DNA from: a virus
Lineage: Duplodnaviria > Heunggongvirae > Uroviricota > Caudoviricetes
Reading direction: 5' to 3' (one strand)
IMG/VR virus record: IMGVR_UViG_2667527608_000007
DNA: 9,003 bases
A program made the translations under genes and the position numbers. The notes below the pieces were generated by a model. The model saw only the letters and a list, made by a program, of their open reading frames with translations, did no database searches and was not told the DNA's origin. This document shows, piece after piece, positions 1 to 6,766 of this stretch (position 1 is the stretch's first letter; each line of letters opens with the position of its first letter).

Positions 1-84
1 TACAATCGTCAGCGTCGTCACTCTCGTCTGGGGAATATCTCCCCGGCAGCCTTCAGGGAAAAATATCATCAGATGGCTGCTTAA
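1..84 (+). CDS. IS3-family transposase (OrfB), C-terminal 27 codons only; 5' part lies outside the window
   Basis: Open frame from position 1 to TAA at 82-84; translation YNRQRRHSRLGNISPAAFREKYHQMAA. Confidence 0.6.
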   Translation, partial: YNRQRRHSRLGNISPAAFREKYHQMAA

Positions 85-127
85 AAAAAGAACAAATGGT
101 AGTGTCCGCTATTGCCAGTACACCTCA
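1..127 (+). mobile_element. Right end of an IS3-family insertion sequence (3' end of transposase gene plus terminal inverted repeat ending ...CACCTCA at 127); element continues to the left of the window
   Basis: Frame 1 translates as YNRQRRHSRLGNISPAAFREKYHQMAA*, the typical C-terminal tail of rve/DDE transposases of the IS3 family (HSxLGxxSPxxF). About 40 bp after the stop, GTGTCCGCTATTGCCAGTACACCTCA resembles an IS3-type terminal repeat ending in CA, as I recall it. No large ORF lies to the right for ~640 bp. Confidence 0.6.
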
Positions 128-772
128 AATACAGGGTTACTGATAGTGACACCAATTTCAAAACAACCTTCAGACGTATTAACGTTTGGTAATAACGTTT
201 CCATTATCGCGTCCTCAACAATGAATTTTGTGATGCAGTGCCTGGTGCCTCCAGGTGACGTTAACCAGTTAACAATTAACGCCGGATACAGAGAATCCAA
301 CCATAACACTGTTTTTGGTTTTAACTGTTCCGCGTGCGCTTAGCCGCATTCACCGCATCACAAAATTCACTTTAAAAAGGGCGGCAGAGCAGTCACGGAG
401 TAAAACTGATACCGCCAAACGTCACCAGAAAATTGATAACAGAGGGCGTTGCAGCGGGGTTGTCACTTAAGCGTATGGTCAACCTGACAACCCGGTGTCC
501 TCAACGGGGGAAGGAATAACCCCGCCATACTTACCGCCGCGCCATTTCGCGGATTGCCACAACCGGAAGCGCACGGTCGACGAAAATTTAACGACAGGCT
601 ATCTATGAACCAGCTACCTCGCCGTGCGCTTTCGCGTTATGGTCTGACTTTTCAGGGAAATATCCTTTCAGTAAACTGTCAGTGCCGGATGCTCACCCGT
701 GTCCGGCGCAAGCACTCCACCTCACCCGTGGAGAACTCCTTAATTACCAACCTTAGCTTCGTTGGTTAGCTA

Positions 773-991
773 TTAACGCGGGTATGTAATCATTCTGGCA
801 ATGGTTAATGCCGCTGCTTTTTCCAGATTGGTGATATCCTGCTCCAGAGAGGACAGATTTTCAGCCTGCTTAGCCCTGACTTCATTAGCCCATTTCAGAT
901 CCTGCGCTGCATTAATTTTCTGGTGCATCCACTCATAAAGTTCATCATTGGTATAGTCTGGCGCGATGATGACGGGTTCTCGTTTCTGCAT
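773..991 (-). CDS. Small hypothetical protein (72 aa) of the leftward early operon; function unknown
   Basis: ORF with a GAGGA ribosome-binding site 7 nt upstream of the ATG (minus strand, around 997-1001); same orientation and close packing with the two ORFs upstream of it. No family recognised. Confidence 0.5.
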   Translation of the reverse strand: MQKREPVIIAPDYTNDELYEWMHQKINAAQDLKWANEVRAKQAENLSSLEQDITNLEKAAALTIARMITYPR

Positions 992-1020
992 ACTGATTCC
1001 TCGCGGTGCTGTTTCGCTTA

Positions 1021-1149
1021 TCAGCCATTAGATTTTGCCGAACTGGAAAGCACCTGTTTAAATTCGTTGAAGCTGTGAGCTTCTTCGCCTTCGGCAAGGC
1101 CTTCGAAGTATTCTTCGTAAGCCTTTTCCATGATTGTGTCGAAATCCAT
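1021..1149 (-). CDS. Small acidic hypothetical protein (42 aa, MDFDTIMEKAYEEYFEGLAEGEEAHSFNEFKQVLSSSAKSNG)
   Basis: Not in the supplied ORF track (below its length cut-off). ATG at 1149..1147 follows a GGTGGG ribosome-binding site and sits 1 nt after the stop of the preceding ORF (TGA-T-ATG), suggesting translational coupling. Position is comparable to the small ydaG/ydaF genes of Rac, but identity is unverified. Confidence 0.4.
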   Translation of the reverse strand: MDFDTIMEKAYEEYFEGLAEGEEAHSFNEFKQVLSSSAKSNG

Positions 1150-1150
1150 A

Positions 1151-1387
1151 TCACCCACCTGAATTTCTTTCCAGCCAGCGACGCGCTCCAGATTCGGTTT
1201 TAAACGTTTTGCTTTTGGTATACGTCATTGCGGTGAACGTACCGTACTGGTTGGGGAACACGCCACATACCAGAGATTCGCTGTTGCCAAGATCGATAGT
1301 ATCCATGCTGACCTCATTTCCCCTTAACGCCGGGGTAGCGGAACAAAAACCTGCTGCATAGTTATTAAAGTTGAACCCTGCCGTCAT
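1151..1387 (-). CDS. Hypothetical protein (78 aa), first gene of the leftward early operon downstream of the PL-like promoter
   Basis: ORF begins about 95 nt downstream of the minus-strand promoter predicted at 1516..1488; weak GAGG upstream; stop abuts the next ORF's start. Confidence 0.45.
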   Translation of the reverse strand: MTAGFNFNNYAAGFCSATPALRGNEVSMDTIDLGNSESLVCGVFPNQYGTFTAMTYTKSKTFKTESGARRWLERNSGG

Positions 1388-1487
1388 GTTCTTACGCCTC
1401 GGGCTGGCTACTTAACCCGTGACCACTGCCTGGTAACTCGAGGTATTGCCCTGTATTGTGTGGGACGGGATGGGTTGGTATGGGAAA

Positions 1488-1555
1488 ACTATAGGAAATG
1501 CCTAATTACTTGTCAATAGGCTATGCCTAATAATTTGGGCGCAACCTAATAGGTG
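1488..1555 (-). promoter_or_regulatory. OL/PL-like region: leftward promoter (-35 TTGACA at 1516..1511, 17-bp spacer, -10 TATAGT at 1493..1488 on the minus strand) overlapped by repressor operator repeats
   Basis: ATAGGCTATGCCTAAT at 1516-1531 is the exact reverse complement of ATTAGGCATAGCCTAT at 2155-2170. Further half-site copies occur at 1491-1506 (ATAGGAAATGCCTAAT) and about 1546-1555 (CCTAATAGG). The promoter hexamers were read directly from the sequence. Confidence 0.6.
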
Positions 1556-1624
1556 ATGGTTTGTGGAAGAGGTAGTAGGAGTTAACTAACGGGAACTAGG
1601 AATTTCCCGTCGGACCATATAAGT

Positions 1625-2101
1625 TTAAGTTCCTGTCTTGGTGATGTTCTGGCTTTTCCGTTTTGATTCTTGATTTTTCAGATAGTTAGCTACCTTCATT
1701 TCCATTGCGGCAATGTAGGCGCGAACGTCATGATCAACCCAACTAGGCTCCGTAGCATTTCCAGATAAGATGAAAGCCACAATTGCTCTTTTTTCATCAG
1801 AGGCGGCTTGATAAAGGCTGTTTATGTCTAAAAGTTCACTTTTTGTATCTGAAGTGGATGGGGTTGGTATGGGGTATTCGTTAAGCCCCCAATGCTCTGG
1901 ACCAACCACATCAGAAAAGAAACGCCATAGTTCTGGAAGTTTGTCTTTACTTATCGAACCTTTCTTAATCCAGTCATGGATTGATGGTGGTTGGACTTTG
2001 AAATGACGTGCGATTTCCGCCTTTGATTTGACGGCTCCTGATGCAATTTTTTTGTTAATGGCCTGCTCTATCGCTCGGCCTAAGTCTTTACCACTAAGCA
2101 T
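1625..2101 (-). CDS. racR: CI-like prophage repressor with N-terminal helix-turn-helix (158 aa); resembles Rac prophage RacR
   Basis: N-terminal HTH segment (SKAEIARHFKVQPPSIHDWIKKG). Divergently oriented to a Cro-like gene and flanked on both sides by shared operator repeats. The 158-aa length and sequence match my recollection of E. coli RacR. The ORF is visibly more AT-rich than its neighbours. Confidence 0.75.
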   Translation of the reverse strand: MLSGKDLGRAIEQAINKKIASGAVKSKAEIARHFKVQPPSIHDWIKKGSISKDKLPELWRFFSDVVGPEHWGLNEYPIPTPSTSDTKSELLDINSLYQAASDEKRAIVAFILSGNATEPSWVDHDVRAYIAAMEMKVANYLKNQESKRKSQNITKTGT

Positions 2102-2126
2102 TGCTTAATAGTCTCCTATGCGCATC

Positions 2127-2198
2127 GCGTTAGGCAATCCCTACTCTCGATGTATTAGGCATAGCCTATTGACAATTTCATTAGGCTAAGCCTAATAT
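2127..2198 (+). promoter_or_regulatory. OR/PR-like region: rightward promoter (-35 TTGACA 2169-2174, 18-bp spacer, -10 TAATAT 2193-2198) with operators
   Basis: A perfect 17-bp palindrome ATTAGGCTAAGCCTAAT (2180-2196) lies between -35 and -10. An imperfect copy ATTAGGCATAGCCTAT is at 2155-2170 and a half-site GTTAGGCAAT near 2129-2138. Drives the Cro-like gene starting at 2226. Confidence 0.65.
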
Positions 2199-2225
2199 TG
2201 TTGCGTGTTTTTTGGAGTTCATTCG

Positions 2226-2549
2226 ATGAAAAAAGATAACTATTCATTCAAACGAGCTTGTGCTGTTGTCGGTGGGCAATCAGCAATGGCTAGGCTTTTA
2301 GGTGTATCTCCTCCAAGCGTAAATCAATGGATCAAAGGTGTACGTCAGTTACCTGCTGAGAGATGTCCTGCGATTGAACGAGCAACAAAAGGTGGTGTTC
2401 TGTGTGAAGAACTTCGTCCTGATGTTGATTGGACATACTTACGACGCTCGTCATGTTATTCGCAGAATATGTCGATGAAGCAACCAAATGACGAAAACGA
2501 TCATACCCGAAGCATCAAGAGGCAAATGATTCATGAAAATCAAACATGA
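2226..2549 (+). CDS. ydaS: Cro-like HTH transcriptional regulator (YdaS-like), 107 aa from ATG 2226
   Basis: GGAG ribosome-binding site at 2214-2217, 8 nt before ATG 2226. HTH segment QSAMARLLGVSPPSVNQWIKGVRQLP. The ORF track's start at 2205 is a GTG extension with no ribosome-binding site. The 3' end overlaps the next gene by 17 nt. Confidence 0.7.
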   Translation: MKKDNYSFKRACAVVGGQSAMARLLGVSPPSVNQWIKGVRQLPAERCPAIERATKGGVLCEELRPDVDWTYLRRSSCYSQNMSMKQPNDENDHTRSIKRQMIHENQT

Positions 2550-2958
2550 GCACATCCGCATGGCGATGAATGCCTGGGCATACCCTGATGGTGAGAAAGT
2601 TCCTGCAGCTGAAATAGCCCGGACTTATTTCGAACTGGGGATGACGTTCCCTGAACTGTACGACGACAGCCATCCGGAAGCCCTGGCCCGTAATACCCAG
2701 AAAATTTTCCGTTGGCTGGATAAAGACACCCCTGATGCTGTTGAAAAAATGCAGGCTCTGTTACCGGCGATCGAAAAGGCGATGCCGCCTTTGCTGGTGG
2801 CCCGTATGCGCAGCCACAGTTCTGAATATTACCGTGAGATCGTCGAACGGAGGGATCGGCTGGTGAAGGATGTCGATGATTTTGTTGCGTCAGCGGTTGT
2901 TTTGTATGACCAGATGAATCGCGGCGGCCCGGCAGGGAATGCTGTGGTGATGCACTAA
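2533..2958 (+). CDS. ydaT: YdaT-like protein (141 aa), partner of the Cro-like gene; CII-like regulator role is an inference
   Basis: AAGAGG upstream of ATG 2533. Size, position and sequence resemble Rac YdaT. Co-directional with and overlapping the Cro-like gene. Confidence 0.6.
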   Translation: MKIKHEHIRMAMNAWAYPDGEKVPAAEIARTYFELGMTFPELYDDSHPEALARNTQKIFRWLDKDTPDAVEKMQALLPAIEKAMPPLLVARMRSHSSEYYREIVERRDRLVKDVDDFVASAVVLYDQMNRGGPAGNAVVMH

Positions 2959-2980
2959 AAGCACGGTGTTCGGGGGTTTT

Positions 2981-3943
2981 ATGAGCAGCAAGCTTCATGG
3001 TCTTGTCTGGGAAGGGTGCGCCTTCACCGGCATGATCTTATCCAGGGTGGCGGTTATGGCCCGTCTTGCAGACTACAGCAATGACGAGGGCGTGTCATGG
3101 CCTGCCATTGAAACTATCCGGCGTCAGATCGGTGCAAGAAGTGAATCCACAGTGAAATCGGCTATTGCAGAACTGGCGAAAGAGGGCTGGCTGACGAAGG
3201 AAGAGCGTAAGGTCGGTGGGCGTAATGTAAGCAATATCTATCGGCTTAATGTGGAAAAACTCGAAGCAGCTGCGGCGGCGGCGCGTGAGTCATATAAACC
3301 GAAAAGAAAAATTAGCCCGGCAAAAAATGACCCGTTAACAGTTGACCCGTCAAATATTGACCCCTCAACGGTTGACCCGTCAAATTTTGATGGATCAACT
3401 GTTGATAAAAAACTGCCGATTAGGGGGGCGATGATTGACCCCGATCCGTCAGTATTAAAACCTGATCCGTCAGATAAAAGATCTTCTTGTCCGGACGCTT
3501 CGCAACCGGACCCGCAGACGGCTGAACAGGATTTTTTAACCCGACACCCTGACGCGGTTGTGTTCAGTGCGAAAAAACGCCAGTGGGGAAGTCAGGAAGA
3601 TTTGGTGTGCGCACAGTGGATCTGGGGACGAATCGTGAGTCTTTACGAGCAGGCGGCCAGCGATGATGGCGAGATCACTAGACCGAAAGAACCCAACTGG
3701 ACAGCATGGGCCAATGACGTTCGCACAATGCGGATGCTGGATGGCAGAACTCACAGACAAATTTGTGAAATGTTTGGGCGTCTCCAGCGGGATTCGTTCT
3801 GGGTAAAAAACATCATGAGTCCGGCAAAACTCCGGGAAAAATGGGATGAACTGGTTATCCGCCTGGGGCGTTCGCCTGCGCAGCGTTGCGTGAATCACAT
3901 TTCTGAACCGGACACTGAAATACCGCCGGGATTCAGGGGGTGA
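2981..3943 (+). CDS. Lambda-O-like replication initiator (320 aa from ATG 2981): winged-helix N-terminal domain, repetitive linker, C-terminal domain
   Basis: N-terminal HTH/winged-helix region (ARLADYSNDEGVSWPAIETIRRQIGARSESTVKSAIAELAKEGWL). The linker DPLTVDPSNIDPSTVDPSNFDGSTVD is encoded by the tandem 15-bp iterons. Lies immediately upstream of the DnaC-like loader. The ORF track's 2966 start is a GTG extension. Confidence 0.7.
   Translation: MSSKLHGLVWEGCAFTGMILSRVAVMARLADYSNDEGVSWPAIETIRRQIGARSESTVKSAIAELAKEGWLTKEERKVGGRNVSNIYRLNVEKLEAAAAAARESYKPKRKISPAKNDPLTVDPSNIDPSTVDPSNFDGSTVDKKLPIRGAMIDPDPSVLKPDPSDKRSSCPDASQPDPQTAEQDFLTRHPDAVVFSAKKRQWGSQEDLVCAQWIWGRIVSLYEQAASDDGEITRPKEPNWTAWANDVRTMRMLDGRTHRQICEMFGRLQRDSFWVKNIMSPAKLREKWDELVIRLGRSPAQRCVNHISEPDTEIPPGFRG
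3328..3417. repeat. Tandem 15-bp iterons (about 6 copies, consensus TTGACCCGTCAAnnn), putative prophage origin of replication inside the initiator gene
   Basis: Copies start at 3328 (ATGACCCGTTAACAG), 3343 (TTGACCCGTCAAATA), 3358 (TTGACCCCTCAACGG), 3373 (TTGACCCGTCAAATT), 3388 (TTGATGGATCAACTG) and 3403 (TTGATAAAAAACTGC). Degenerate GAYCCGTCAG copies follow at about 3436-3475. Each core TGACCCGTCA is internally near-palindromic. Confidence 0.7.
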
Positions 3944-3949
3944 CGTGTC

Positions 3950-4690
3950 ATGAAAAACATTGCGGCAGTTGGGGTTCTTGAACGTATTCGCAGACTTGCA
4001 CCACAGGGGGCGGTTCCACCGTACCGGACGGTGGAGGAGTGGCGGGAATGGCAACTTGCTGAAGGACGAAAACGCAGCGAGGAGATTAACCGCCTGAATC
4101 ATCAGGTGCGGGTTGAAAAAATCCTGAACCGTGCGGGCATCCAGCCGCTTCACAGGAAGTGCTCATTCGGGAACTACCGGGTGCAGAACGACGGTCAGCG
4201 CCATGCTCTGAGCCAGGCGAAATCCATTGCCGATGAATTGATGACCGGATGTACAAACTTCGTGTTCAGCGGTAAACCTGGTACCGGTAAAAATCACCTG
4301 GCAGCAGCGATTGGCAATCGGCTGATGGCGAAGGGGAGAAGCGTGATTATCGTCACCGTGTCCGATGTCATGAGCGTGTTGCATGACGGCTACGACAACG
4401 GCCAGTCCGGGGAAAAATTTTTACAGGAGCTTTGTGGAGTTGACCTTCTGGTCCTTGATGAAATTGGCATGCAGCGGGATACGCGCAACGAGCAGGTCAC
4501 GCTGAACCAGATAGTCGACCGCAGAACGGCTTCGATGCGTAGTGTCGGAATGCTGACGAACCTGAATCACGCAGCGATGAGCACACTCCTCGGAGATCGG
4601 GTGATGGACCGTATGACCATGAATGGTGGTCGTTGGGTGAATTTTAACTGGGAGAGCTGGCGGTCAAACGTTGGACGTCAGGGTATGTGA
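3950..4690 (+). CDS. DnaC/IstB-like AAA+ helicase loader (246 aa); YdaV-like
   Basis: Walker A-like GKPGTGKNHLAAAIG and Walker B LLVLDEIG. Start is 7 nt after the initiator stop, with GGGGG upstream. Typical replication-module partner. Confidence 0.85.
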   Translation: MKNIAAVGVLERIRRLAPQGAVPPYRTVEEWREWQLAEGRKRSEEINRLNHQVRVEKILNRAGIQPLHRKCSFGNYRVQNDGQRHALSQAKSIADELMTGCTNFVFSGKPGTGKNHLAAAIGNRLMAKGRSVIIVTVSDVMSVLHDGYDNGQSGEKFLQELCGVDLLVLDEIGMQRDTRNEQVTLNQIVDRRTASMRSVGMLTNLNHAAMSTLLGDRVMDRMTMNGGRWVNFNWESWRSNVGRQGM

Positions 4691-4715
4691 GAATTTTTGA
4701 CGAGGTAAATTTTCG

Positions 4716-5486
4716 ATGGAAACTGTATTGCATGCACTGAAAGCGATGGGAAAAGCCAATTCTGTTGAACTGGCGGCGCGGCTTGATATCAGCCGTGAAG
4801 AAGTTCTTAACGAACTGTGGGAACTCAAAAAAAATGGCGTTGTTGATAAAACGGGTCACACCTGGTTTCTGGCTGTCGAAGGTGAAGCCGGGGTAACCGA
4901 AGGGCAGGCACTACAACCTGAAGCGCCGGATGTGGTAACCGAAGAGGTCGCTCCAAAAGTTACCGCAGACATGATGGTTGAGTTTATCGGTCAGGATGGT
5001 GCTAAAACGTGTGAGGAACTGGCGGGTAAGTTCGGCGTCAGTACTCGCAAGGTTGCTTCCACGCTGGCGGTGGTAACCGCAACGGGGCGGCTGGCACGCG
5101 TTAATCAGAACGGTAAATTTCGTTACTGCATGTCGGGGGGTAATTTACCAGCAGATCCGAAAGCCGCGCCGGTAACGAAAAATGATGGTAAGGCCTTTCC
5201 TCAGCCAGCAGGTGCTGCGTTACCAGTCCGGGAAGCCGCAACACAGGAAGAAATTAAAACAGAAACTGTGGCGGACATTGTGCAGCCGTTGCTATCGTTT
5301 ACCGAAACGCAAGCAGATGAGCTGATTTTTCCGTCCCTGCGCAGGGCAAACCTGGCGCTGCGCAGGGCGAAAAGTGATGTTCAGAAGTGGGAGCGAGTCT
5401 GCGCCGCGCTGCGGGAGCTGAACAAGCACCGGGATATTGTTCGACAGATTACTGATTCTTCCCGCCGTGTTGTATCGGAAAAGTGA
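4716..5486 (+). CDS. Hypothetical prophage protein with two winged-helix-like repeats (256 aa; DUF1627-like)
   Basis: Two similar HTH-like segments (ANSVELAARLDISREEVLNELWELKKNGVV and KTCEELAGKFGVSTRKVASTLAVVTATGRLARV); GAGG ribosome-binding site upstream. Confidence 0.6.
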   Translation: METVLHALKAMGKANSVELAARLDISREEVLNELWELKKNGVVDKTGHTWFLAVEGEAGVTEGQALQPEAPDVVTEEVAPKVTADMMVEFIGQDGAKTCEELAGKFGVSTRKVASTLAVVTATGRLARVNQNGKFRYCMSGGNLPADPKAAPVTKNDGKAFPQPAGAALPVREAATQEEIKTETVADIVQPLLSFTETQADELIFPSLRRANLALRRAKSDVQKWERVCAALRELNKHRDIVRQITDSSRRVVSEK

Positions 5487-5501
5487 TAGCCGGAGGCGCT
5501 T

Positions 5502-5897
5502 ATGGCGAAACCTTTTACACACGAACAGCGTGAAGAACTGAAGGCCCGAATTATCGGGCTGGTACGCAAAAATGAACGCATGACGATATCACAACTGGAG
5601 AGAGCGACGGGAGCAGGCTGGCATTCAGTCAGACGTTGCCTTGTGGATGTACTGGCTTGTGGCGATTTATACATGCCCGGTAAATACGGTGTTTTTACAT
5701 CAGAACAGGTGTATCGCGTATGGCGTAAGGCAGCGGAGAAAGCAACCGACCAGACATTGATTCGAAAGTTACCAGACGGAGAAATACGCCGCTACGACAG
5801 ACAACAGAACATAATCTGTGGCGAGTGCCGGAAGAGTGAAGTTATGCTGCGTGTACTGGCGTTCTATCAGGGCAATTTTCAGGAGGCGGTACTGTGA
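5502..5897 (+). CDS. Hypothetical protein (131 aa), possible HTH near the N-terminus
   Basis: Intact ORF tightly packed with its neighbours (stop overlaps the next start, GTGA); segment MTISQLERATGAGWHSVRRCL looks HTH-like. No family recognised with confidence. Confidence 0.5.
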   Translation: MAKPFTHEQREELKARIIGLVRKNERMTISQLERATGAGWHSVRRCLVDVLACGDLYMPGKYGVFTSEQVYRVWRKAAEKATDQTLIRKLPDGEIRRYDRQQNIICGECRKSEVMLRVLAFYQGNFQEAVL

Positions 5898-6538
5898 GTG
5901 AATTAGCTATCAGGCTTCAATTGTCGCTGGCATTCGCATCAAAGGAGAATGAGATGATCACTTTTACAAAAGAGCAGTTAATCAGTCATGTTAGTGAAAA
6001 TGTAAAGGCGATGAAATTTGCAGTAAAACAGACAGTATTCAAAAATTCTCTCGAGGCAATTGAGTTGGATTTAGCACTGGCCCTTGTTGCTCAGGCTTCG
6101 CTGGAAGCAGAGCCCGTGCTTTATATGAATCGATTTACCGGAAAGACATTCTCACTGGAAGAGCAACCCGGTGCTGATAAGGAACCGGAAATATACGTGC
6201 CGCTATATGCTGCCCCGCCAGACAGCGCCGCCATGCTTCAGGCTGGAAACTTTCGGGAAAATAAGGGTTCGTCAACCAATAATTTTCGGGAAATCTCGGA
6301 AACGTCAACCAACTATCCGGTAACTCCGGATGGTTGGATAAGCTGTAGTGAGCGAATGCCGGATGATGGTCAGCACGTAATTATTTTATGTGATGGCGCA
6401 TTCGTTCTTTATGCGCAATATCGAGACGGTGAGTTTTTTGATGTAGTCCGTAATGGTGATGAATTTTTCGAAACACAGAGCCGCAATGTAACCGACTGGA
6501 TGCCGCTACCAGAACCGCCGCAGGAGGTGCGCCAATGA
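5894..6538 (+). CDS. Hypothetical prophage protein with C-terminal DUF551-like domain (214 aa from GTG 5894; alternative ATG at 5954)
   Basis: C-terminal segment DGWISCSERMPDDG...TDWMPLPEPP is typical of DUF551 phage proteins. AGGAGG at 5881-5886 precedes GTG 5894; AAGGAG precedes ATG 5954. Confidence 0.6.
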   Translation: MSELAIRLQLSLAFASKENEMITFTKEQLISHVSENVKAMKFAVKQTVFKNSLEAIELDLALALVAQASLEAEPVLYMNRFTGKTFSLEEQPGADKEPEIYVPLYAAPPDSAAMLQAGNFRENKGSSTNNFREISETSTNYPVTPDGWISCSERMPDDGQHVIILCDGAFVLYAQYRDGEFFDVVRNGDEFFETQSRNVTDWMPLPEPPQEVRQ

Positions 6539-6618
6539 TCTGGCCTGAAGCCTTTGCAATTACAGGCGTTGCTATAGCTATTGATTTTTTAGTATATGTT
6601 ATTTGTCGGTGGGGGTAA
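6535..6618 (+). CDS. Micro-ORF, 27 aa predicted single-TM peptide (MIWPEAFAITGVAIAIDFLVYVICRWG)
   Basis: Perfect AGGAGG at 6522-6527, 7 nt before the ATG, which overlaps the upstream stop (ATGA). Hydrophobic core of about 18 residues. Below the ORF-track cut-off. Confidence 0.4.
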   Translation: MIWPEAFAITGVAIAIDFLVYVICRWG

Positions 6619-6653
6619 AAACGTTCGCCGGGATTCACACCAAAGGAGGGAAT

Positions 6654-6758
6654 ATGTCGGATGATATTTCACTGGCAATGGAAGGTGCTCTGGCTGTTAT
6701 TGCTGTTGTGGGCGTTTACTGCCTGGTTGTGTTTTTGATGGATCGACTAGGGAACTGA
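6654..6758 (+). CDS. Micro-ORF, 34 aa predicted single-TM peptide (MSDDISLAMEGALAVIAVVGVYCLVVFLMDRLGN)
   Basis: AAAGGAGGG at 6642-6650 immediately upstream of the ATG; about 22 consecutive hydrophobic residues; below the ORF-track cut-off. Confidence 0.45.
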   Translation: MSDDISLAMEGALAVIAVVGVYCLVVFLMDRLGN

Positions 6759-6766
6759 ATTCATTA

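Noticed and set aside
741-767. Hairpin ACCAAC/GTTGGT as a terminator of the leftward operon
   Set aside because: Only a 6-bp stem and no U-run on the minus-strand transcript; insufficient for an intrinsic terminator.
109-769. ORFs 109..309 (minus), 146..343 (plus) and 554..769 (plus)
   Set aside because: No ribosome-binding sites, overlapping each other on opposite strands, no recognisable domains; treated as non-coding or degraded sequence (see the finding on 1-770).
1006-1361. Plus-strand ORFs 1006..1203 and 1134..1361
   Set aside because: Antisense to the leftward early ORFs, which have the ribosome-binding sites and promoter; the region's only promoter is leftward.
1824-2006. 60-aa plus-strand ORF inside the repressor gene
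   Set aside because: Antisense shadow frame within the HTH repressor gene.
2205-2225. N-terminal extension of the Cro-like gene (track start 2205, MFFGVHS...)
   Set aside because: GTG with no ribosome-binding site; would start inside the -10/operator region. ATG 2226 with GGAG at the right spacing is preferred.
2966-2980. N-terminal extension of the initiator gene (track start 2966, MFGGF...)
   Set aside because: GTG start without a ribosome-binding site; ATG 2981 is preceded by a G-rich stretch and gives MSSKLHGL...
2540-2998. 152-aa ORF on the minus strand
   Set aside because: Entirely antisense to the YdaT-like gene; low-complexity Pro/Arg/Ser-rich translation; no start context.
3328-3417. 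Possibility that the 15-bp tandem repeats are a CRISPR array
   Set aside because: The repeats are contiguous with no spacers, only 15 bp long, lie in-frame within a coding region, and no cas genes are present; iterons are the better explanation.
3536-4153. 205-aa ORF on the minus strand
   Set aside because: Antisense to the well-supported initiator and DnaC-like genes; no ribosome-binding site; composition (Arg/Pro/Ser-rich) typical of a shadow frame.
4163-5674. Minus-strand ORFs 4163..4384, 4644..4859, 5292..5522 and 5381..5674
   Set aside because: Antisense to the DnaC-like and winged-helix genes; no start signals; Cys/Arg-rich shadow frames.
6381-6638. 85-aa minus-strand ORF
   Set aside because: Antisense to the DUF551 gene end and the first micro-ORF; no ribosome-binding site.
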